From Spirogloea muscicola (taxonomy: Eukaryota), in the NCBI GenBank assembly GCA_009602725.1, contig WELB01000005.1:1309070-1371094 (forward strand): a DNA stretch of 62,025 nt, given 5' to 3'. Of the stretch, positions 1-17,040 are shown piece after piece. The notes beneath the pieces were generated by a model that did not search any database, had not been told where the DNA came from, and was given only the letters and a program-made list of their open reading frames with translations. Position numbers and translations under genes: made by a program. Positions within the stretch are counted from its first letter, which is position 1; each line of letters begins with the position of its first letter.

Positions 1-444
1 CTACTGAGAGTTCGCTTACTGCTGTCTCAGTCCTTAGCACTCCGACTCCTTCAGACCTTGTCCATTCGTTTGGGCTGGCCTCTCCCAGCCACCAGTTAAT
101 CTGGCCGCGCTTGCTCTCTTTCCGGCAACCGGCAGCTAGTCTGTCGGATGTGAGGCTCCTCACTCGTAACTACTAAGCGGTCCATCCTCCCCCGTTCTGC
201 CATAGCCTCTTCAGGCCCCGCAGTCGCTGCTTAGCTCGTAGTTTGGCCCCTTCGAACCTTGTCAATTCCTTTCGGGCTGGCTTCTCACAGCCCTTGCCCC
301 CATTGGGAGAGCCACTTCTTCTCCTTCACAGCCCTTGCCCCCATTGGGAGAGCCACTTCTTCTTTCCGCCTGCTAGCTACTCAGATTTGCATCTACTGAC
401 GAGAGGTTACTGAGAGTTCGCTTACTGCTGTCTCAGTCCTTAGC

Positions 445-1327
445 GAGAGAAATGCGCGCCCATAGAGAAGAGGGGCTGGCAAAGCCAGCCCAAAAATGAA
501 TGGACACTGTCCAAAGCCAAAGAAAGAGGAGCCGGAGAAACTACAAAACACTGCAGAACACAGAAGCAAGCGCGGCCAAATTAACTGGTGGCTGGGAGAA
601 ACGATGCAGAGGAAAACTCAGGACCCACGAGTGAGCAACATCAGGTCTGAGTAGCTCGCTGCAGGGAAAGAAGAAGAAGTGGCTCGCCCACTGGGGGCAA
701 GGGCTGTGAGAAAGCCAGCCCGAAAAGAATTGACAAGGTTCGAAAGGCCTGAAGAGGCTATGGCAGAACGGGGGAGGATGGACCACTCAGTATTTACGAG
801 TGAGGAGCCTCAAATCCGACAGACTAGCTGCCGGAAAACTATCCCCCTGACGAAAGCCGGAGGCCGCAGCGAGAGCACGGCTAGCACGCAGATGCAAGGC
901 GTGGGCCATGGACCGCTGGAGGGAGACGGACAAGCGCATACGATACACCGGAGCCCACGAGCCAGCGGCGTTGAAGTCAGCCGGCTCACCACGCCTGCGG
1001 GACACAGCGCGCCGTGCAAGCCTGGCCAACAGGGAAAGAGGCACTCCGCCGAGACCCAGAGGCGGCGGCCATAGCACGGCCTGCGCGCGTATGGACGGCG
1101 TGGGCAAGGGAGCGTTGAAGCGATACGGCCAGGCGCATGCGGAAGACTTGTGCGAGCGAACCGGCGGTGTTGAAGCCGGGCATCGCCCCTGGCAGACCCG
1201 GCCGCCGGTCAATGGCCTGGCGGGCAAGCCGCTGAATGAGATCCAGCCAGCGGCTGCCGAAAGCCCCGTGTACATCCATCGCCAGGGCCGCGAATTCATC
1301 CCCCACCGGGTGATCAGCGTATTTTCG
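445..1327 (-). mobile_element. Family C element (longest coding remnant), interrupted by two younger insertions
   Basis: 1327-1030 encodes RKYADHPVGDEFAALAMDVHGAFGSRWLDLIQRLAR...FRMRLAVSLQRSLAHAVHTRA...SFP, which fits the C-terminus of an RLE-type (CRE clade) ORF. It resumes at 661 as AASYSDLMLLTRGS*. Its 3' UTR matches the uninterrupted copy at ~50636-50802. Confidence 0.75.
672..1029 (-). mobile_element. Family B 5'-truncated insertion inside the family C element
   Basis: Flanked by a perfect 10-bp direct repeat CAGGGAAAGA (662-671, 1030-1039). Encodes LARLARRAV...YRMRLSVSLQRSMAHALHLRASRALAAASGFRQGDSFPAASLSDLRLLTRKY* and ends in a TTCTTCT tail. Confidence 0.85.
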
Positions 1328-2646
1328 CTCCGACTCCTTCAGACCTTGTCCAGGTCTTTTGGGCTGGCCTCTCCCAGCCACCAGTTAATCTGGCCGCGCT
1401 TGCCTGCAAAAGAATGGACAAGGTTTTGGGCTGGCCGTGCTCTCGTTGCGGCCTCCGCCTTTCCTCACTCGTAACTACTGAGTGGTCCATCCTCCCCCGT
1501 TCTGGCATAGCCTCTTCAGGCCCCGCAGTCGCTGCTTAGCTCGTACGTTGGCCCCTTCGAAATTGTCAACTCTTTTCGGGCTGGCTTCTCACAGCCCTTG
1601 CCCCCATTGGGAGAGCCACTTCTTCTTTCGGCAGGGGGACAGTTTTCCAGAAGCTAGTCTGTTGGATTTGAGGCTCCTCACTCGTAACTACTGAGTGGTC
1701 CATCCTCCCCCCGTTCTGACGTAGCAGCTTCAGGCCCCTTCGTAGCTGCTAAGCGCTTTAGGCCCCTCCATCATTTGGCCCCTTTAAACCTTTGTCAATT
1801 CTTTTCGGGCTGGCGTTTCACAGTCCTTGCCCCCATTGGGAGAGCCACTTCTCTCTGACAGTCACCAGTCAATTGGGCCGCGCTTTCCTGTTATTCGGGC
1901 TGGCTCCCCACAGCCCGTGCCCACATTGGGAGAGCCACTTCTCTCCACCACAGGCCCAGCAGACCGTCCTCGTCGCTGCGGCACAGATGCAGATCCGCTC
2001 ATGGCGGCAGACAGATTCAGACCTTACTCAGCTAGTCAGACAGAGCACAGAAAGCGGCTCTTCCAAAGGGGGCAAAGGCTGTGAATATGCAAGCCCGAAA
2101 AGAAATGAAGGGGCCAATAGGAATATCTCAGAGCTTGGGTGGGGTGGATCACTTGGTAACCACGAGTGAGGAGCCGTCCGAAAGACTAGCAGCCGGAAAG
2201 CAAACCCTTTGACAAAAGCCAGAGGCGCAGCTAGAGCAGAAGCACCGCGTAGCCTCAGATCCGAGGCCGATGTGCTGAGGCATCCCCGTTTACACGGAGG
2301 TCTCCTTCGGCCCGCTGGACTGCTCAAATGATTCCCAGCTCAGTTGCCGTTTCATCACATTATCACATTCAACAACGACCACCCCGTTCTGCAGCCGCCT
2401 GCTTTCCTAACAAGGTGTACCTTGACAAAGAGAAGCTGGGACACTCGTATCTGGCAGCAATTTGAGAGCTGACTTGAAGCTGCTTGCACTAGCAAGTGCA
2501 TTTCTTGTAGTCAGTATGTTCATGCTTGTGTAAGAGGAGGTTAGTTCCGTGCTCCATGCTTTCTTCTTAGTCCTGATTCAGGCTCACTCGCAATGGTGCA
2601 GTGCAAGCATCTTAGCAATTGACTGCTACTCTGGTTAGGCTAAATT

Positions 2647-7612
<4,966 letters not shown>

Positions 7613-8406
7613 CTGCGCAGCTCCCCGTGCTGCGCCGCCTCCAATGGCGCTGCCACAGCACGCTGCTCCTCTGCCGGCAGTGGAGGGGACTCGATGCTGG
7701 ACCGCCAGCGGCCTCCGGAGCCGCTGCGCTGCGTTAACGACGAACCCGCGCGGCGGCCACCGCCACGCCGCCGCGGCGGAGGCGCATCATCGTGGCCGAG
7801 GACAGGCACTCGGCTGCCCGGGCTCGTCCGCAGGACGCCGCCTGGCCGCCGGCTCGCCGGCCGGANAGCACATCTGATGACATACATTGCCCACTGCAAA
7901 TTGACCTCTCAGTAACCACGGGTCAACACGTTAAGGTCGCTAACCGATGCCTGAGTACCAGGGAGAGCCTCGGCTGCAGCTCAAGGGACAGGTCATGCAC
8001 TCTCGCCCCATTGGGTTTAGGCTGGGGTTTGTCTACTAGGGTTAATCAGCAATTCAGTGATCAAAACCTACAGACTTTTGTAATACGCGAGAATGGTTCA
8101 AGTCCTGCACGCGTCAAGGCCAGCTTGCATGCAGCCTCGATGCTGTCTCTGCGCGGCCAGGCATCACAGCCAATGGCTTGATGCGGGAGCCAGCTTGGAC
8201 GAAGCCTGCGAGCGAGAGCACCGCGGCGGCTGACAGGACCTTCATGTCGGGGCTATGCCATTGTCGTCGCGGGCCCTCAGCCCAGGACCGGGCCGATGAC
8301 AGCCATGCAAGGCCTGCGCAAGCCTGGGAGCCGTCCAGTGCCGGCAGCCGGCGAGACAGCCGCCGCGCGCGGAGCTCGACGACGGGTGGACGAGGGGAAA
8401 CGGCGA

Positions 8407-8438
<32 letters not shown>

Positions 8439-8520
8439 GCTAGACGGCAGACGCACGGCGGCGGCGATCGGTGCTCCGCGGCAGCCGCCTGCGTGCGTCG
8501 GCAGAGGCCGGCGCCGGAGT

Positions 8521-9771
8521 ATGCGCAGGACCTGCAGCATGCTCCACAGTGCCTTGAACGTCAAGGACGGTATGCGCTACGTTCTCGTCTCTCTCCCGGC
8601 CCCGCGCAGCCGATGAACCAATGGTGGCGTCGAGCTTGCATCCGCTCGATGGCAGCCATGTATCATTGGCTGCACCGCCACACGCTACTTGCTGTCAGCG
8701 CCTGCGCTGCCACGCGCTCGGGCTCGAGCGATCCCCGGGTCAGCCGCCATGGCTGCCCGATCCGCCGGCCACCTCACATTTGATTGCGGATTCACGGCTT
8801 GACGGGACAATATGGCGCTGCTTCAGCGACCGTGGAGTCGCCGCTGCTCGGCGGGCGATCGGCGAGCCACCCAACCATGGCTTGGAGCCCGCGGATGATC
8901 GGCGCGCTGGACGACGACAAGAAGTCGCCGCGCGACGCGGAAATGACGGTACACGCCGTGCCGCTCGTCTGCCTCGCCAGCTTCCTCGTCCTCTGGGCCT
9001 GCCACCGCAGCCCACTGTCGTCCTCCTCCTCCCCCCCCCATGGTATGTCCTCCTGGCTGGCCCAACGACCCTCTGACGATTGCAATGACTGAAGCTGGTC
9101 GAAGCCTTGAGCTGCTTGACCCTGCAATCGTGTCATAGCTGTCCAAGTAGCTGTTTCCCAAGGGAATCAGTATATGCCACTGGCAGTATGCTTAGTAACC
9201 CCAACAATAGTTCATAGTACCATTATGCGTGTGGATCTTTCTAGGCCGCAGTCTCTACGGTCGTCAAGCCATCGTGGGAACTTGCTCGTGTTTTGCGCGG
9301 TGGCCTGCTGCTTGGTATATCGCGGCTGTTGAGGGTGGCCTCGGGCGGCCAAGTGATTACATGTCCTCGCATTCTTTCCTCTGTGCTTCCCCAGAATCGG
9401 CCGCTGTACTTTCTTTGGGAAACCAACTTCCACCGGTCGTGCAGGAGCTGCTCCGCACTGACGTGGCAGCAGACGTGCTGTTGTCCGAGGCTGTAAGTGA
9501 TACGGGAGGTGAAGACAGCAGCAGGGTCCAGCGACGCCTACGAGAGCAGGACAGTGTTGAGCAGGAGCAATCCAGCAATGCAGCAGTGATAAAAGCTGAG
9601 CTCTGGAAGGTGCACTCAAGGAATGCACAAAGTGACCCAGTGATGAACTCGGTGCAATTTGGTGATGGACGGGGAGGCACTCGGCACCAACGGTTGCGTG
9701 GGAGCAGCAGTGGGCCCATCTCTGTCAAGCGCCAGCGTCTGGCCAACGGTACTGCAGCTGTGGAGTTGTGA
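8521..9771 (+). CDS. Uncharacterised plant-type single-pass membrane protein (3 exons: 8521-8569, 8827-9042, 9395-9771)
   Basis: GT-AG junctions are phase-consistent (both phase 1). The segment AEMTVHAVPLVCLASFLVLWACH resembles the 'xExAVHLIPLxxxxCxxILWxFS' motif of a small uncharacterised land-plant family (recalled, not searched). Confidence 0.6.
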
Positions 9772-10739
9772 TCCCCCTTGATCCACCTCTGTGAGGTAGG
9801 GGCTTAGAAAGTGCTTGTATCTGATCCATCTTGCATCATACCAGGGCTTGGCAGAATTGGCAGAGGCTGTGATTTCCTGCTGCACGTTGCCTTTGTGGCT
9901 CTGTGACCGTGCACGGCCTTGCTGCTTATGTGCACATTCTGGAGGTGCTGATGGTTGCCGCCGGAGCAATGCTGATTGTCTGAGGTTGCGCACCGGCGCC
10001 ACTTAGTAATTCTTTAATTTATGATGATCATTTCATCAACTTATGTACAGCGCCGTGTGCCGGACCACACAGCTGCTTGAGACTCCCTCATTATGACTTG
10101 TGCTGGTCTTTGTTAGCTGCCTTGTCGGCATTCCTTTGCTCCCATCGCAAGCAACGCTGTGTATACTCAGGAATATGCAAGCTTTTCTTCAACTGAGGAT
10201 GTCTTTTTGCGTCACGCATTAGGAGGCCGTCAAGTGCGGGCTTGTCTTTGCCGGGAATGATGCTGGCGGCTATGGGTAGGTTGTGAGGGCGTGCCGCACT
10301 GCTCCTCCTGTACCCTCGGCCATGCCGTCGCAGCTGCTGCCTGCCCTCTGCAGAGAAAGCCAGCCGCAAAGTGACTCAGCCTCTGGAGTTTGCGGATGAC
10401 AATGGAAGAGGACGGCCATTGCCAGGTGCCTGCGGCGGATGTCATCTTGCTCAAGGCTAGCCGCCCTGCGTCGTCAGCTGCTGCTGACTGACAAGCATAA
10501 CAACAGTGGCTAAGCTTTGTACCGACTGTAAGTAAGTATGGATTTGCTTGAGTGCAATCTATAGCTATTTGTCAAAATCTTATCGTACCTAGTCACATTG
10601 GATCCAGGGTGGAGTGTCCAGGATTTGAGGGTCACGAAGGAGTAAGGCGAGAGAACCTCTCCTGGAGGAATTGAATTGTGTTGACTGATGAAGGGCCTGA
10701 GGGCCAATGTAGTCGAGTGCCCTTTGCAAACCCTCTGGA

Positions 10740-11100
10740 CCTTGATCAATCTTAACGCTTTTCTGGCCCCCTCAAACCCTGTCATTCTTATTTTCTAGGC
10801 AGGCCAGGCCAGCCATCACCCTCTACGACGGCGATGTTGGCGACGTCTTTCCGCCTGCTAGCTATTCAGACTTGCATCTACTGACTGGAGGTTACTGAGA
10901 GTCCGCTTGCTGCTGTCTCAGTGCTTAGCACTCCGGCTCCCTCAGACCTTGTCCACTCCTTTGGGCTGGCCTCTCCCAGCCACCAGTTACTCTGGCCGCG
11001 CTTGCTTTCCTCTACTGGAACAGTCCTTCGCCTCATTTTGTTGTGGCCTGGCTTTCACGGCCCTCGCCCCCCTTCGTCGTGTGTCAGCCTGTCTGCGGCG
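10740..11100 (+). mobile_element. Cluster 2: family A fragment (10827-11008) inserted into a family E 3' end, plus another degenerate 3' end
   Basis: The A fragment (GDVFPPASYSDLHLLTGGY* plus UTR) is flanked by the direct repeat CCTCTAC (10820-10826, 11009-11015). The rejoined host CAGCCATCACCCTCTACTGGAACAGTCC matches the family E end at ~24190-24218 (minus strand). Confidence 0.75.
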
Positions 11101-11315
11101 AGCTCAGGCCCATCATGCTGTGGACCAGAAAGCTGGTCGAGCCTCAGCTGGTGGCACAAGGGCTTGTGAATTTGCCGTTCGGTATTTGAGCATCAATTAG
11201 CGACATTTATGTGCCGACACGTGGGTACTGGGCGGGTCAGCTTAGCAGCAGGTGATGTGCAACTGTCAATGCTGTACTTGCCTTTGCGGCAATCATCGCC
11301 TCCGACTACGGCGGC

Positions 11316-11353
<38 letters not shown>

Positions 11354-11390
11354 GACGGCGGCGCTGTCCTCACAAGCGGCCGCAAGCAGC

Positions 11391-14720
<3,330 letters not shown>

Positions 14721-15238
14721 GCACCCAATAAGTGGAAGTAATGCAAGGAGGTAATACACCCAGTTGGGTGATGGAAAGTATCAGTGCCTACTTCAAATAT
14801 ACCAACAGTATTAGCACGGCCACCAATAGTATGTGCCTGTCGGTGGAAAGGGAGCAGAGGACCCTTCCTGACATGACCCGATGGTGTAAATACTGAGACA
14901 AGCGGGCGGCGGCGCCTGCGCAGCTCTGCCCAACTGGGCAAACCTGCAGTGCTGGAGATCGTCGCCGCAGTGGAGCTCCTCCTTGTAAAGAGACTCTGCC
15001 TCCTCTGCCGCCGGTCCTCGCGCTCGAGCCTGGCCGAGGCAGAGTCAAGGCGGTCGGCAAGGGCATAGAGCATTTCTCGACGCAAACCATAAAGGCGCGA
15101 GCGCCCGGTGTCCTCGAGCTCTCAAGCCCGGCCGAGTAGGAGTCCACGACCCCGCGGAGATTTGGCCGTCCTTGGCAGCACGTGGTTGACTCGCCGTTCT
15201 GTTGGCCGATGACGGCGGCTGACTTTGGCGCGGGGGGG

Positions 15239-15290
15239 TTTTAGGGTCAGACCGGGAAACCACAGGTTCGGTTTTCCCGCCAAATATAAC
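15239..15290 (+). promoter_or_regulatory. Candidate E2F site with a telo-box-like motif and TATA-like element upstream of the TXNDC9-like gene
   Basis: TTTTAGGGT at 15239-15247, TTTTCCCGCCAAA at 15272-15284 (fits the E2F consensus TTTSSCGC) and TATAA immediately after, about 60 bp before the ATG. Confidence 0.4.
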
Positions 15291-15303
15291 GCGAGGCACC
15301 GGA

Positions 15304-15342
<39 letters not shown>

Positions 15343-15345
15343 GGG

Positions 15346-15639
15346 ATGGCGGAGGCCGGCGACCGCCAGGTGGGGCCTGACAGGGGAGCCTGCGGCGCGG
15401 CGGCTCTGCCGGGGGCTGAGNNNNNNNNNNNNNNNNNNNNNNNNNNNNNNNNNNNNNNNNNNNNNNNNNNNNNNNNNNNNNNNNNNNNNNNNNNNNNNNN
15501 NNNNNNNNNNNNNNNNNNNNNNNNNNNNNNNNNNNNNNNNNNNNNNNNNNNNNNNNNNNNNNNNNNNNNNNNNNNNNNNNNNNNNNNNNNNNNNNNNNNN
15601 NNNNNNNNNNNNNNNNNGGCGGCGGCGGCGGCGGCGGCT

Positions 15640-15670
<31 letters not shown>

Positions 15671-16217
15671 AAGCTCTGGCTCAGGTGTTAAGTCGACTTT
15701 AGGTCGGCTGACGACGGCCTTGCCGGCGTCGCCGTGGCCAGGTCGTGGACCGGCACCTGGCGGAGCTGGCGGCGCGCCACCTGGAGACGCGCTTCGTGAG
15801 GCTGGACGCGGAGAAGAGCCCCTTCCTGGCGGAGCGCCTCCGCATCTTCATGCTGCCCACCATCGCCGTCGTCCTCGACGGCAAGGCCGTCGACTACATC
15901 GTGAGCCGCCACCGGCAAACAATGCCGCACAGATGATTCGTTCCTTATTGGGTCACGGGTTCATAGTTTCCTTTGCGTCTGACAATGCACATGCACTTAC
16001 GCACGCCTTAGCTGTATGATTGCTCCTCCAGGTGGGTTTCGACGAGCTTGGTGGCAAGGACGACTTCTGCACGGAGGTTCTGGAGCAGCGGCTGTGCAAG
16101 GCCGGCGCCATCTTCAGCGAGGACGTGTTCGATGTCCACCGAGCGGACCCGGCTCCCTTGGCCTCGCGCAGCGTGCGGCAGGCGGCTCAGTCGGACAGCG
16201 ATGAGGACTTTGACTGA
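15346..16217 (+). CDS. Phosducin-like / thioredoxin domain-containing protein 9 homologue (PLP3 type); middle lost in the gap at 15421-15617
   Basis: Exons give VVDRHLAELAARHLETRFVRLDAEKSPFLAERLRIFMLPTIAVVLDGKAVDYI and VGFDELGGKDDFCTEVLEQRL...SDSDEDFD*. The first exon is MAEAGDRQ followed by a GT donor. Confidence 0.88.
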
Positions 16218-17040
16218 TACTCTGCTGCTTCCTCTCGTCGTCGTTATACCTCCTCCGCCCAGCCGTGTGCAATGGCCTTCAACGCACGATCCTCGGCAAA
16301 TTGTCAATATTGACACGGGTACTGAGGTAGAGTGCTTCATGGTGCAAGGAACCTTCGAAGCGATAGTCCACGTTGTAGATAGCCAGTCGCACCCTTCAAC
16401 GATCTGGGGGAAATGCGAATTGGTCGCTCCAACCCAGTTGCATCAAATGGGCTGCTGTTTGAGCTTGCAAAGACCTTTCCCATCAACTCATTGTTGCCAA
16501 CTGGCAATGCCTCTGCATATGGCGGCCTCGTGGAAATATTGTCAAGCCCTCCTAAAAGACCCTCAAGATGTATGATGCTATGTTACAGGAGGCAAGGTCA
16601 CCGACATCTGCTAGCACGTCAAGGGCAAGCCGGCTTCTCTCTAACATAGGAAGCAGTCTGATAGTCGCACATCTCAAGGGCAGGAATTGAGGCATAAAGA
16701 GACCAGCAATGTAGAGCAGGCGGATAAGGGAGCACGCTACTGAATAGGGGAGCATCGGAGCAAGGGAAAGCGAAAGCCGTGAATAATTTTGGACTATACC
16801 AAGAAGTAGGCCATTGTATGGCGTTCCCACTGAATGTATAGTTTCTCGGCGACTGCTAAAGGGGGGAAGATAAATTACTGCAAGCTGCAACTCACGCGGC
16901 CTGGCAGCTCGGTATGACATTATCAAGGTGGGCTGCACTAGAGGAGAGACAGCAAGGGTGACCGGACAAGTGAAGCCGCGAGGCGAAGGTGGACTCATAT
17001 CCACTGACAATGAGAGTGGACTGTGGTCAAGTGCCCCAGC

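Larger units (their letters stand above)
1..2250. mobile_element. Cluster 1 of nested 5'-truncated CRE-like non-LTR retrotransposon 3' ends (families here called A, B, C, D; both strands)
   Basis: Repeated modules end in ...SDLxLLTRxY*, then a family-specific 3' UTR, TTTT(C/T)GGGCTGGC...CAGCC and TTCT. The same modules recur at 10.8, 22.8, 26.5 and 50.4 kb. The cluster runs off the left edge of the window. Confidence 0.8.

Noticed and set aside
392..420. Hammerhead ribozyme core (CTGACGA) suggesting Penelope-like elements or retrozymes
   Set aside because: CTGANGA is not conserved in other A copies (CTGACTGG at ~10881; CTGACTAG at ~22940 and ~50590), and there is no properly placed GAAA.
1..2250. 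CRISPR-like or guide-RNA array reading of the recurring GGGCTGGC...CAGCC motif
   Set aside because: Spacing is irregular, orientations are mixed and the 'spacers' are themselves repeated. TSDs and an ORF C-terminus explain the pattern as nested retroelement ends.
10021..10460. Box C-like ATGATGA and a CGGCH (CxxCH-like) peptide
   Set aside because: There is no matching D box or terminal stem and no coherent gene model; the matches are likely chance.
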